A DNA stretch of 64,000 bases from a virus, in IMG/VR virus record IMGVR_UViG_3300045988_158900. The stretch is one strand, 5' to 3'. The notes under the pieces are model-generated. The model searched no databases, was not told where the DNA came from, and saw nothing but the letters and a program-made list of their open reading frames with translations. Both the position numbers and the translations under genes were made by a program. Positions 11,235-21,589 of this stretch are shown in pieces (position 1 is the stretch's first letter; the number at the start of each line of letters is the position of its first letter).

Positions 11235-11345
11235 GATCAGAGGATTATCCATGTGTTAGCGAGAGATAATCCGCGTTTAATGCAACCAATGGCGGTTCCA
11301 AGTCCGTAAAAATGCAGAGGAAACGCGGTTAGTGAAAATTCGCTA
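11235..11345 (+). ncRNA. candidate structured RNA (nested helices GGATTATC/GATAATCC and CCGCGTTT/AAACGCGG)
   Basis: Lies in a roughly 520 nt ORF-poor region 10860-11380. Confidence 0.25.
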
Positions 11346-11383
11346 ATTTTCTTATTTTTATACGAAATTTCATAAACCCATAT

Positions 11384-11473
11384 GTAGATATGGCAGAGTG
11401 GTTGAATGCGGTGCCCTGCTAAGGCATTAGTCGCGTGAGCGGCTCGAAGGTTCGAATCCTTCTATCTACGCCA
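11384..11473 (+). tRNA. tRNA-Ser (GCU), type II
   Basis: Acceptor GTAGATA/TATCTAC; anticodon arm GTGCC-CTGCTAA-GGCAT; long variable arm. Confidence 0.7.
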
Positions 11474-11474
11474 T

Positions 11475-11551
11475 GTGGCTGTAGTTCAGCTGGCCAGAAC
11501 GTCTGATTGTGGCTCAGAAGGTCGCGGATTCGAACTCCGCCAGCCACCCCA
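11475..11551 (+). tRNA. tRNA-His (GUG)
   Basis: Anticodon arm TCTGA-TTGTGGC-TCAGA; acceptor GTGGCTG/CAGCCAC. Confidence 0.7.
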
Positions 11552-11571
11552 AATCCAACAGGAGGATAATA

Positions 11572-12099
11572 ATGGAAATTGAGCGTAAATGGCTTCTGAA
11601 TAGTTTACCTAAAAATTTAACATTTTGGGATCAATATACTACTATTGAGCAAGCATATTTAACGATTGAGAAGTTTAATGATGTAATCACCAAGGAAGTG
11701 CGGGTTCGTAAGAAGACAACCGCAAATGGTGAAATAGATTATAAACTTGCCTATAAAATTAGTAGTGGCCTTGTTCGCAAAGAAATTGAAACTTCTATCA
11801 CTGAGGATTTTTGGAAGGAATGTACTAAAAATATTATTCCTATCCGTAAAAAATATTATACTGAAACTTGTAAGTGTCCGCATTATAAAGACGATGATCT
11901 TACTCAGACATTTACAGTAGAGTTCAGTGAAGTTGATGGTGGTGAGTTCTATTATGCGGAAGTAGAATTTAATTCTGTAGAAGAGGCCAATCATTTTCAG
12001 TTTCCTTATCCTAGTTTGGTAATTAAAGAAGCCACTAACGACGATAGTGGTCGTATGGCTAATTATTGGATTAAAACAGCATATCGTCGGATGAGCTAA
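11572..12099 (+). CDS. CYTH-like triphosphate tunnel metalloenzyme family protein
   Basis: N-terminal MEIERKWLL matches the ExExK motif; RBS AGGAGG. Confidence 0.45.
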   Translation: MEIERKWLLNSLPKNLTFWDQYTTIEQAYLTIEKFNDVITKEVRVRKKTTANGEIDYKLAYKISSGLVRKEIETSITEDFWKECTKNIIPIRKKYYTETCKCPHYKDDDLTQTFTVEFSEVDGGEFYYAEVEFNSVEEANHFQFPYPSLVIKEATNDDSGRMANYWIKTAYRRMS

Positions 12100-12107
12100 A
12101 AAATGAT

Positions 12108-12182
12108 GCCCTGGTAGTTTAATGGTGCGAACGGGGGACTTATAATCTCTTGATGGAAGTTCGATTCTTCCCCGGGGCACCA
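12108..12182 (+). tRNA. tRNA-Ile (UAU)
   Basis: Anticodon arm GGGGA-CTTATAA-TCTCT; acceptor GCCCTGG/CCGGGGC. Confidence 0.55.
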
Positions 12183-12258
12183 TTAAAAGACTCATACAGC
12201 AATTTCTGCTTGTTAAGCACTCACCTTTTAAGTGAACTATAAAATGAGTCTTGTATAT

Positions 12259-12334
12259 GTCCCGTTAGTCTAATTGGATAAAACGTTGGGTTTCTACCCC
12301 ATATTTGAGAGTTCGAATCTTTCACGGGATGCCA
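12259..12334 (+). tRNA. tRNA-Arg (UCU)
   Basis: Anticodon arm TTGGG-TTTCTAC-CCCAT; acceptor GTCCCGT/ACGGGAT. Confidence 0.65.
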
Positions 12335-12358
12335 TTAAATTAAATAAGGAGTATCTCT

Positions 12359-13534
12359 ATGAAGTAGAAATTTTATCTATTTAATTTAGGAGCGTTTGTA
12401 TTAGGAATAATTTTAGGTTTTATTGTTCCTTCAATTTTTCCATCAATCGCATTTTTAGGAACAATTTATATTAACCTTTTGAAAATGATGATTGTTCCGA
12501 TATTATTCTTCGGAATAGCAAGCGCATTAGCCTCATCTAAAAGAGTTGGTGCGATTACATTAAAAACAATTATTCTATTTATTATAATGTTTTCAATATC
12601 ATATTTAATCTGTTATGGATTATTTAGTATGATACAACCTGGAATAGGATTTAATTTTACTCCAGTAGAATGGAATGGAACAACAGTTTCTACTTCATTT
12701 AAAGAATTTTTTGTAGCTATCTTCCCTAATAATATTATTCAAGCTATGGTGAATAATTCAATTCTTCCTGTAATTTTATTTGCTTTTATGTTTGGTATAG
12801 CATTACGGCATACAACTCAAGCCGTATCAGAGCGATTAATTACTACATTGAATTGTTTTAATTTAGCATTTAATAAAATGCTTGAATATATTTTATATTT
12901 TACTCCTATTGGTATTTTTGCTTTAATGGGTAATACAGTTGCTACTTATGGTAGCCAAATCCTTACAACTTGCGCCATTTATGTTGGATGCGCTTGGTTA
13001 GGTTGTTTAATTATTGCTTTAATAGTAATGGTTTTGCCTGTGTGGATTTATTGTCATATAAATCCAATAGAGTACATTAAACGAGTGAGTAAAATTTGGT
13101 TGATTACTTTATCTACGTGCGGGTCTGCGGCGACTCTTCCTTATACTATCAAGATTTGTAATGAGGAATTTGGTATTAATAAGGAAATTACTGACATTGT
13201 TGTTCCTCTTGGATGCACTATTCATATGTGCGGAGGCGCTGTTTCATTTAGTCTATTGGCTCTATTTAATTGTCAAATGTATGGCATTACAATTACGCCA
13301 ATAATGTTTATTACAATGTTAGTGGCGGCTATTCTTATTAATATGGGCGCACCTGGTATCCCTGGCGGTGGAGTAGTAATTGGTGCTTCTTATTTAGCAT
13401 TAATTGATTGTCCACTTGATTTTATTGGAGTGTATGCTGGTTTTTATCGACTGCTTGATATGGCTTATACTACAATGAATGTTAGTGGAGATATTACGGC
13501 TAATTTGTTAATTAATAAAAATATAAATAAATAA
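12359..13534 (+). CDS. sodium:dicarboxylate symporter (SDF/DAACS, GltP/SstT-like) family transporter; TAG at codon 3 read as sense
   Basis: AAGGAG RBS 8 nt before ATG 12359; family-typical TM1 and C-terminal VSGDITANLLI motifs. Confidence 0.6.
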
Positions 13535-13538
13535 AATA

Positions 13539-13665
13539 AAGGCGAAAACAGCAATTTATTTTTTTTACAAGGGACTATTTGTTGAAGGTTCGAGTCCTTT
13601 TTTCCGCAACATATGCGGGAATAGCTCAAAGGGTAGAGCGATAGTATAATAAAAAAATTCGCCTT
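13539..13665 (+). tRNA. candidate circularly permuted tRNA gene: 3' half (13574-13608) lies upstream of 5' half (13615-13645), inside flanking inverted repeat AAGGCGAA/TTCGCCTT
   Basis: Halves give a perfect cloverleaf: acceptor GCGGGAA/TTTCCGC, D arm TAGCTCAAAGGGTAGAGC, anticodon stem ATAGT/ACTAT, T arm GAAGGTTCGAGTCCTTT; linker ACATAT. Confidence 0.45.
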
Positions 13666-13671
13666 GTATAT

Positions 13672-13748
13672 GCGAGTGTAGTTCAGTTGGTAAGAACGCA
13701 CGACTGATAATCGTGAGGTCAATGGTTCAAGTCCATTCATTCGCACCA
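13672..13748 (+). tRNA. tRNA-Ile (GAU)
   Basis: Anticodon arm CACGA-CTGATAA-TCGTG; T arm AATGGTTCAAGTCCATT; CCA encoded. Confidence 0.8.
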
Positions 13749-13821
13749 TAGGATAAAACTTATTAATTGTCTATATTCGATTCTTAAAATATATAGAAAT
13801 ATGTTTTAAGGAGGTAGAATT

Positions 13822-14625
13822 GTGGAATTTTTAGGTTGTAATCCTTCTAAAAAAGATTTAAGAAATTATAAAATTAGAGCTACAGCTTCTTAGATTGATA
13901 ATTTACCTGATGAATTTGAATTACCAAAATATTCATTTATTAAAAATCAAGGAAGTGTTGGTTCTTGTGTCCCGCACGTAATGTCTGAAATTCTTGAATA
14001 CCATAACCATGGACAAAATAAATTATCTACTAATTTTTTATATGGTATAAAACGAAAATTATGTAATGATTTAAGTCAAGGAATGTATTTAAGTGATGCT
14101 TGTAAGATAGCGACTAAATATGGAGATATGCTTGAATCTGATTGTTCAGGTAATATTGAAATTCCTCATGCTTGGTATGAAGCTGAAAGTGCATATGCTA
14201 ATATTGAAAAAATGAAACGAGCATATACATTTAGATTATAGGGTTATTTTACTTGTAAAACAAATAATGACATTAAAGTTGCTCTTCAAAATTATGGACC
14301 TGTTGCTGCTTGTATTGACTGGTATCAAGGTTGTAGAGCTAAAAATGATGGAACATTTATTTATAATACAAAGCACAAATCAACTTATCATTGTATTATG
14401 ATTTATGGATGGAATAAAAATGGATTTTTATGTCAAAATTCATTTGGTAAATCATGGGGCAATGATGGTTGTTTTATTTTACCATTTGATTATATTATTG
14501 GTGATGCTCGTGCATTAGTTGATGAATATAATCCAGAAGAAGAAGCATTAATTATACCGAAGACTAATAAATTTTTAGATTTTTGGTATAAAATTTTAAA
14601 TTGGTTTATTAATTTGGTGAGTTAA
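13822..14625 (+). CDS. papain-like (C1 family) cysteine peptidase; two in-frame TAGs
   Basis: QGSVGSC active-site Cys motif; NSFGKSWGNDG motif; GTG start 13822 after AAGGAGG. Confidence 0.6.
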
Positions 14626-14641
14626 TTTGGAAAAAAGATTA

Positions 14642-15907
14642 ATGTGGTTTCTTACAAATTAGTGTAATTTAAATTGTTTAAATTGCGCCAATCACTGTGA
14701 TGATCCAAGCGTTAAAAAATTTTTCATAACATTAGATGATGTGGAATTAAATTTAAAAAAAATAAAAATATTATTTCCAAATTTGGATACTTTAGATTTA
14801 AGTGGTGGAGAAGCAATTTTACATCCTTAGATTTAGGATATTTGTAAAATGATTTATAAGTTTTTTCCAAATATAAAAATTATGATTTATACAAATGGAT
14901 TAATATTAAATCATTTAACTGAAGATTTATTATTTTTTTTAGCTAATTATCATATTAAATTTGTTATTTCTATTTATCCTAGAATAAAATATTTTTAGTA
15001 GTATGAGTTATTATTTAATAAATTAGATAATAATAATATTGAATATGAAATAAGAAATAGTTTATTATTTCATTGCAATCCTATTATATAGGATTTAAAT
15101 AATGAAGAAAAGAAAAAATGTTTTTGTATTAATTATGATAACTCAACTTATTATTTAATTAATAATTATTTTTATCCTTGCTGTATAGCTGTTAATAATT
15201 TTTCTTATTTATCTGATAATAGTCGTAAAAATCTAACTACAATTTAGGATTTATTAGAATTAGATAATATGATGAATAATTTATTAACTCTTTGTTATAA
15301 TTGTTCGAATACTCGTGTATTTATACATCCTTGGCATGAAACTACATTAGGATTAAATAGAAGTTTATTAAAAAAATATAATTATAATTTATTTGATTTA
15401 TATTATTATGATTATAATAAATATAAATAGATTTATTATGATTATGATAAAGATTATTTAATTTTAATGCATTATCCTATTATGAGGAAATCGTTTGGAG
15501 ATATGCCAGGATTATTTAATAAATCAAGTTTAAGTATAAAATATTTAAACGGTTTATTAGATATTTATGTTTATATTCCAAATAATTTATCATTAAATAA
15601 GTTAAATAATTATATCGCCCAAATTCAAAAACAATCTATTTTTTCTAAATGTAATTTTTATTATTTAAAAAATTTTAATAATGATAATTATAATATAATG
15701 AATGAATTATATAATAAATTTTCTCCATATAAGCAAGAAGAAAATCATTGTTATTATTTATAGTCTAATTCATATGAAAATGGTTATAAAGAATTTTTAG
15801 AACATAGTTTTTTACCTTATAAATTTAGTTTAGATATAACTAATTTAAATAATTTAAAAGATGAAAACTATCTGGAGAAACAATATAATCAATTACAAGG
15901 AATATAA
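14642..15907 (+). CDS. radical SAM protein paralog (CNLNCLNC), heavily TAG-recoded
   Basis: CxxxCxxC motif; DLSGGEA glycine-rich motif; continuous frame to TAA 15905-15907 with about 10 TAGs. Confidence 0.55.
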
Positions 15908-15909
15908 TA

Positions 15910-16457
15910 TGTTAAAAGCTATAATGGCCGGCATTTTAATTGGTATTGCCGGTCTTGTTAATCTAAGTATTAATGTTCCTTATTTAGGAGCATTTCTTTT
16001 TTCTACTGGACTATTAATTATTTGCTATTAGCAATATAATTTATATACTGGTAAAATTGGATACATTAAATCATTAAATGATTTTAAAAATTGTTTAATT
16101 TATTTAATTGGCAATTTAATTGGTGTATTTTGTATAGGTATTATTCCGCAAACAACTACAATATTAAATAAAATTAATCAACCATGGTATTTAACATTAT
16201 GGTTGTCTATTGGTTGTGGTATTCTTATTTATTATGCAGTTGATATATTTAAGAAACATAATAGTGTAATTGGAATTTTATTATGTGTCCCTACATTCAT
16301 TATATGCGGTTTTAATCACTGTATTGCTAATATGTATTATATAATTGCAAGTCGTGAATTTACCATTGATGCTTTAATTTTTATTATTATTTGTATTATT
16401 GGAAATTCAATAGGTAGTTTAATTTGTAATTATGTTGACAATTTTAAAAAAATATAA
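15910..16457 (+). CDS. polytopic membrane protein (possible small-molecule transporter)
   Basis: Hydrophobic throughout; one in-frame TAG; ATG follows the upstream stop. Confidence 0.4.
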
Positions 16458-16505
16458 TATAATATTTATATAAGATGAAGGAAGGGAAAAATCTTCCTTC
16501 AATAT

Positions 16506-16581
16506 CCGGGTGTAGCTCAGTTGATAGAGCGCAGCATTTGGGATGCTGAGGCCGTGAGTTTGAGTCTCACCACTCGGACCA
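16506..16581 (+). tRNA. tRNA-Pro (UGG)
   Basis: Anticodon arm CAGCA-TTTGGGA-TGCTG; acceptor CCGGGTG/CACTCGG. Confidence 0.75.
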
Positions 16582-16612
16582 TCGAGAATAAAAATCCTTA
16601 ATTGATTTTTTA

Positions 16613-16661
16613 TAAAAATTATTATATAATATATATAGAAAGTTAAGAAAGGGATTTAAAA
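16613..16661 (+). promoter_or_regulatory. conserved phage promoter copy
   Basis: TTGATTTTTTATAAAAATTATTATATAATATATATAGAAAGTTAAGAAAGGG. Confidence 0.55.
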
Positions 16662-16838
16662 ATGGAAATTTCATTTGAAACTGCTCAGTTGGGTCATGAA
16701 GCGATTGCGTATACGATTACTAAAACATCGTATTTTACAACTGGTCAAATTCCTTCGGCAGATGATGTCAATAGTGCAACAAGTTTGTTTTTCTGTAAGT
16801 TTTTGAAAGACGAGAAGAATATTACAACAATTCGATAA
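16662..16838 (+). CDS. hypothetical small protein
   Basis: ATG 16662 directly after the promoter leader. Confidence 0.35.
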   Translation: MEISFETAQLGHEAIAYTITKTSYFTTGQIPSADDVNSATSLFFCKFLKDEKNITTIR

Positions 16839-16852
16839 TAAGAAAGGAATTG

Positions 16853-17065
16853 ATGAAAATGGAAATTAATTTTGGTTCTCGCTATGCTGATCTCGATAAT
16901 AATGTTTATAAGGTTGTGGGTAATGCATTTCATTATGGCGATAAGACTGATGAAGTGATTTTCCTCGCTCCCATCAAGAATGGCACTGTGGGCGATGTTC
17001 AGTATATTTCTCGTAAGGAAATGGAAAAGGGCGGAATTCTGTTCCCTGTTTCCAAGTATAATTAA
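16853..17065 (+). CDS. hypothetical small protein
   Basis: ORF track; AAAGGA RBS. Confidence 0.4.
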   Translation: MKMEINFGSRYADLDNNVYKVVGNAFHYGDKTDEVIFLAPIKNGTVGDVQYISRKEMEKGGILFPVSKYN

Positions 17066-17140
17066 GTCCCGTTAGTCCAATGGATAAGACCTGTGGCTAC
17101 GGACCACATAATCGGGGTTCGAATCCTCGACGGGATGCCA
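17066..17140 (+). tRNA. tRNA-Arg (ACG)
   Basis: Anticodon arm TGTGG-CTACGGA-CCACA; acceptor GTCCCGT/ACGGGAT. Confidence 0.75.
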
Positions 17141-17225
17141 TGTTCTTTTGCATTTGATTATTACATACTATAAACCGTGGGTTTGTATCCACATAGCAGA
17201 GAGGTAGTTTTTGACTCTGCTATAT

Positions 17226-17301
17226 GGGCGATTAGTGCAGCTGGTAGCGCATATCCCTTACAAGGATGGGGTCGGCGGTTCGAGTCCGTCATCGCCCACC
17301 A
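17226..17301 (+). tRNA. tRNA-Val (UAC)
   Basis: Anticodon arm TATCC-CTTACAA-GGATG; acceptor GGGCGAT/ATCGCCC. Confidence 0.7.
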
Positions 17302-17320
17302 GTAGAAAGGAATGAATTAA

Positions 17321-17752
17321 ATGTCTCAATATCTCAATTTTTTTATTAAAACTGGTGAAAATCAGTATCAGCAAATTGCGAATTATTCTCGCAATCATGT
17401 GATTTATCGAGCATTTAATTCCGCTCCTTATGAGCAAATTACACGATTAACTGAATTAAAGATAGTAAATGCTATTGGAGAATTGAAAGCAGCGAAAGAT
17501 GCTTACCAAAAAACAATGCGAGACAATGATGAGCAAGTTGCAATTCAGTATCGGCTATGTTCAAAAGATGAATTTTTCGATGTTTATGGTCAAATCCAAC
17601 AGACAAATAAAGAATTGAGACAAGATGTTGAGGAATGTAATAATGGGATTCTTGAACTTCAATTTATTCAACGAATGACAAGAACTCCTAATGATGCTGT
17701 GATTTATTTTGGGGTTGAGATTTATGACCCTAAAGATGAAGATATAATTTAA
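17321..17752 (+). CDS. hypothetical protein
   Basis: ORF track; RBS AAAGGA. Confidence 0.5.
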   Translation: MSQYLNFFIKTGENQYQQIANYSRNHVIYRAFNSAPYEQITRLTELKIVNAIGELKAAKDAYQKTMRDNDEQVAIQYRLCSKDEFFDVYGQIQQTNKELRQDVEECNNGILELQFIQRMTRTPNDAVIYFGVEIYDPKDEDII

Positions 17753-17774
17753 TATAAAGACCCTTGCAGCAAAC

Positions 17775-17863
17775 TCTTCTAATGAAGAATTACGGGTTCA
17801 AATCCTGTTGAACGCACTAGCGTTTATGGCGGAAATGGTTTATGCGATTGACTGATAATCAAT
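17775..17863 (+). tRNA. candidate circularly permuted tRNA (GAU anticodon arm): T arm plus 3' acceptor strand (17792-17816) precede 5' acceptor plus D arm plus complete anticodon arm (17820-17863)
   Basis: 3' strand TGAACGC pairs with downstream GCGTTTA (7 bp, one GU); anticodon arm ATTGA-CTGATAA-TCAAT; 3-nt linker CTA. Confidence 0.35.
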
Positions 17864-18074
17864 TTATTCATACTTAGGGGTCTTGGGCTTAACGAAATTT
17901 AGTTCAAAAATGTTAAAATGTCCGAAATTTCGTTTCCGCGTCTATGATAGTAAAAGCACGATAAATAAATTAACTATATCTCTTAGTCATGCCATAAAAT
18001 AAAATGATATGGTTTTATAGAGAGAAATTTTGGTCTGGAGAATCGGGAGAGCCAATAGACGCACAATTTAGTAT

Positions 18075-18271
18075 ACGGCCGTCGCCAAACAGGTAAGGCA
18101 CAGGACTTTCGAGAAATCGTTTAAATGGGTTATGTCATGTGATGGGTTAAGTAGCATGATGTAAGTTCTGTTAGTAGGACGCCAACCGGAATGATTGGTA
18201 GTATGAGTGCAAGTCTCATTTTCTCGCCCTGACTCCTGCATCTGCTGGTTCGAGTCCAGCCGGCCGTGCCA
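18075..18271 (+). tRNA. tRNA-Gln (UUG) interrupted in the anticodon loop by a 121-nt intron (18109-18229) that folds like a mini-tRNA
   Basis: Exon 1 ACGGCCG-TC-GCCAAACAGGTAAGGC-A-CAGGA-CTT has an E. coli tRNA-Gln-like D arm; exon 2 TGAC-TCCTG-CATCT-GCTGGTTCGAGTCCAGC-CGGCCGT-G-CCA; intron has acceptor-like CGAGAAA/TTTCTCG, T-arm-like ATGAGTGCAAGTCTCAT, then C-CC. Confidence 0.5.
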
Positions 18272-18398
18272 CCGGAGTTCTGCTAAATCATATATTTAAT
18301 TAAGAATTTGCTGCTCTGAACGAATATATGAGGATTTAAAAAATGGGTCTAGATGACGCAGATAACCCGCTCCGGACCAGAAATAAGTGAGGAAGAAT

Positions 18399-18587
18399 AT
18401 GTATATTTGTCCAACTTGTAATAGAGGATTTTCAACAGAAAAAGGTGTGGCAAAACATTTTTTAAGTTGTTGGAAAGAACAAAATCCATATCATCAATCA
18501 AAACCTGCTCCTCGCAGCGAAGATATTAATACAATGGAAATAAATGATGATGTAATGAATTTTTTTAATTCATTTAAGCAGAGGTAA
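18399..18587 (+). CDS. C2H2-type zinc-finger small protein
   Basis: CPTCNRGF...HFLSC motif; RBS GTGAGGAAG. Confidence 0.4.
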   Translation: MYICPTCNRGFSTEKGVAKHFLSCWKEQNPYHQSKPAPRSEDINTMEINDDVMNFFNSFKQR

Positions 18588-18589
18588 AA

Positions 18590-18940
18590 ATGGAAGAAGT
18601 CGCGGTAAAAACTCATTTAATTATTACTGATATTCATGAAGAATATCATATGAATTGGTGTGGTAAAATTTTTGACGCAAATCCTAAATTGAAAAATGGT
18701 TTACCTGTTTTTACAATTATTGGTAGCCGTGGTCGAATGGAAATTAGCACGATTGATATGAATCAATTAGAAAAGTGTGCTAAGTCCTTAACCTATCCGC
18801 GAGGTCGTTCTACTGTTTCTAAAGATAGTTCTCAAATCTATATCCAAGAAGTAGATGGAAATGAAAAATTATTGGGCGTTTTAACTCATAAGCATATCAA
18901 GAGTTATGCTCCAATGTATGATAAAGTAGGTTTTAGATAA
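18590..18940 (+). CDS. hypothetical protein
   Basis: ORF track. Confidence 0.45.
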   Translation: MEEVAVKTHLIITDIHEEYHMNWCGKIFDANPKLKNGLPVFTIIGSRGRMEISTIDMNQLEKCAKSLTYPRGRSTVSKDSSQIYIQEVDGNEKLLGVLTHKHIKSYAPMYDKVGFR

Positions 18941-19183
18941 GGAGAGTAATATGAATTTTCGTACTAAGGAACATTACGAGTATCGTATCGCAAAACTGAA
19001 GGCTAAGGGTGAGGTTGTCAATGCTAACCTAATTCATAAAACCGAGCGCAAATTGCATAATATGAAATAATTTGACATTTTAAAAAAAATATTATATAAT
19101 AAATATATAAAGTAAAGGCTTATCCAGCAAATTTTAGGAATGAAGATTCAACTTGGGTTGTTCATTAGAGCCTTGTTAGACAT

Positions 19184-19254
19184 TCCGGCTTGGAGTAATG
19201 GTAGCCCGCCTGACTCTAAATCAGGTCGCCTCGGTTCGAATCCGAGAGCCGGTG
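19184..19254 (+). tRNA. tRNA with CUA anticodon (would read UAG as a sense codon)
   Basis: Anticodon arm CCTGA-CTCTAAA-TCAGG is a perfect 5-bp stem with a 7-nt loop (U33, CUA, A37); T arm CTCGGTTCGAATCCGAG. Confidence 0.6.
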
Positions 19255-19481
19255 CGGCATTAAGTAAGAAACCTCCTCGTGGTAATGCTGGTTAATACTA
19301 ATTCTTGCGTTAAGAAAATGAAGCAATATGTATATAAACCATTGATAAGTCTTCATTGAGACAGGATGTAGGATTCGAAGTGTCCATCATTTAAAGAGTA
19401 GTCTATAACCGCGGAATAGATTTTTGGTATAGACACACACTGTCAAGGTTCTCGATTTACCTTAAACAAAATCGAATATTT

Positions 19482-19569
19482 GGGCCGGTAATGTGTTAAA
19501 GTAGGCACGTCAGTCTGTAAAACTGATACCTTATGGTTCGAGTGGGTGCGATTCCCTCTCGGCCCACCA
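19482..19569 (+). tRNA. tRNA-Tyr (GUA), long variable arm
   Basis: Acceptor GGGCCGG/TCGGCCC; anticodon arm TCAGT-CTGTAAA-ACTGA; 15-nt variable arm. Confidence 0.65.
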
Positions 19570-20024
19570 GTAGGTTATAAAGGTGAAATCCCATCAAGTG
19601 GCAATACACCGAAAGCGTGTGTTGGATATTTGATTACCTATGAGTCCCCAAGCATAAAGTTATAATAGCGAGGGCGGGCCCTTGTGTCGAAATGACAAGG
19701 TGAGTTATAGGGTATAGTTTAATTATTATGAGCTGTTTGGAGTACGTTAATGATTTGTCAATAAAATGAGTGTAAGGTGTCCTATTCGCCTGCCAAACAT
19801 AATACATGAATTTTATTGGACAGAATTTTTCTGTTATTAATAGTGAAGTAGCTGATGGTTAACAGGTAGGTAGCATAACACAAGGTGCGCTTTAGTGGTT
19901 ATGAAGTAAGCGATAGCATTATTAATAACAGGGATTTTTTGTTTGTAGGTGCGCTCTGGGCGAGAGCGAGCGTAAGAATCGAAAACCCAAATCAAAAATG
20001 GTTTTAGAAAATTTAAATATAAAT

Positions 20025-20100
20025 GCTGGTGTGGCGCAATTGGCAGCGCAATTGATTTGTAATCAATCGGCTATCGGTTCGAGTCCGATCACCAGCTCCA
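20025..20100 (+). tRNA. tRNA-Thr (UGU)
   Basis: Acceptor GCTGGTG/CACCAGC; anticodon arm ATTGA-TTTGTAA-TCAAT. Confidence 0.75.
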
Positions 20101-20243
20101 TAATATCCGCACGGATGGCCGTGGTCATAAGTTTAGCTAACTTGCTCTATTAGAGATTTAGTGCGGTATATAAATTAATATGGGCCTATAAGCGAGTGGT
20201 ATGACCCTCATTCGCTATTTTTTTGAGAAAAAGGTGTATTATT

Positions 20244-20594
20244 ATGAAGTATTCTCTGGATAAATATAAGTATTTTATCTATTATGACAAGAATGGTAAG
20301 AAGACAGTTTCTGCTGTTTCTACCTATGCTGGTAGAACTGTAAAGGGTTATGCTAAGTGTGATCCTCGTGATAATTTCTCTGAGGATAATGGCAAGAAAC
20401 TCGCAGCAGCTCGGTGTAATGCCAAGGTGGCTGATAAGCGTGTGAAGCGCGCAGAGAAGAAGATGGGCGATGCGCTCCGTCAGTTGGATGCGGCTGAGGC
20501 CTATTACAAGCGTATGCGGACTTATTTCAATGATGCATCTAAAGATGCTGAGTTCGCGAAGAATGAAGTTGTTTGTCTCGAACAGGAAATGTAA
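20244..20594 (+). CDS. hypothetical protein (GC-richer, basic)
   Basis: ORF track; RBS AAAAAGGTG. Confidence 0.5.
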   Translation: MKYSLDKYKYFIYYDKNGKKTVSAVSTYAGRTVKGYAKCDPRDNFSEDNGKKLAAARCNAKVADKRVKRAEKKMGDALRQLDAAEAYYKRMRTYFNDASKDAEFAKNEVVCLEQEM

Positions 20595-20620
20595 TATAAA
20601 CGGGGTTTAATACCCCATAT

Positions 20621-20711
20621 GCCGGGGTGCGCAAGTGGTCATAAGCGCCTAGTCTTGAAAACTTGTGTGAGCTAATTACTCCCGTGGGTTCGAATCCCAC
20701 CCCCGGCGCCA
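20621..20711 (+). tRNA. tRNA-Ser (UGA), type II
   Basis: Acceptor GCCGGGG/CCCCGGC; loop CTTGAAA; long variable arm; T arm CGTGGGTTCGAATCCCAC. Confidence 0.55.
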
Positions 20712-20760
20712 AATAAAAAAAATGGTGATATATATTTATATTATATATCACCATTTTTTT
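20712..20760. terminator. bidirectional rho-independent terminator (hairpin GGTGATATATATTTATATTATATATCACC between an A-run and a T-run)
   Basis: Perfect palindrome; serves the + strand tRNA operon and the - strand gene 20759-21448. Confidence 0.7.
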
Positions 20761-21448
20761 ATCCTTGCGGATGAGCTGCATTATAATCTGCAATAATTTT
20801 TTCAATTTGAGCTTCGGTAAAATGAGGTTTAGATTCTAATTTAGAAATTTTTGTTTTTAATTGAGAAATTTCATATTCTAATGTAGCAATTTTTGTATCT
20901 AATTCTTTAATTTTATCAATACTATCTTGAGCATTTACTACTTCAATACTAGAAAATTTCCAAGTAGGATTCCCAGTAGTATTTTTATTTAATGTTGATA
21001 AATTCCCTAAATTATAAGTATTAGGATTCCATTCTGGATTGTTATTATCATGTTCTTTAGCTTGCTATGGATAAAATCGAGAAAATACAGCTTGACTAGG
21101 GCTAAGGAAGATAGCATCTAGTAATTCTGCAGAATCATCTGTTTCACTAATTCGTCTTTTAATTATTTTATTATCCATACTATCTTGAATGATATTAAAA
21201 ATTTCATTTGTATTACCTGTAGTATTTATAAATAATAGAGGATTCCCGCCTCCTCCTGAATTTAAATTTCCATTTATTAATTCTAATTTTTCATTTATTT
21301 CTGTTTTAGTATAACTAATAGGTTCATCATTTATAGAATCTGTGTATAAAACTTTTTTATTCCCGTCATTTTTTAATGCAAATTTTTCTTTTAGCTGTGT
21401 ATAAAAATCTTTAAGATTCTATAATCCTACAACTTTTTTTTCTGCCAT
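20759..21448 (-). CDS. hypothetical protein on the minus strand, TAG-recoded (two in-frame TAGs); C-terminal coiled-coil
   Basis: Reverse complement has AAGGAG RBS and ATG at 21448, frame continuous to TAA at 20759-20761. Confidence 0.5.
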
Positions 21449-21530
21449 TTATTTAACAACTCCTTTATATCTTTTATAAATTTAAAAAAAAATATAAATG
21501 ATTTAAATATCTTAGGCCAATAATAAAAAA

Positions 21531-21589
21531 TTGACATTTTCAAAAAAATATAATATAATATATATAGAAAATAAAGATAAGAGAAAGAT
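21531..21589 (+). promoter_or_regulatory. conserved phage promoter copy (TTGACA variant)
   Basis: TTGACATTTTCAAAAAAATATAATATAATATATATAGAAAATAAAG. Confidence 0.55.
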
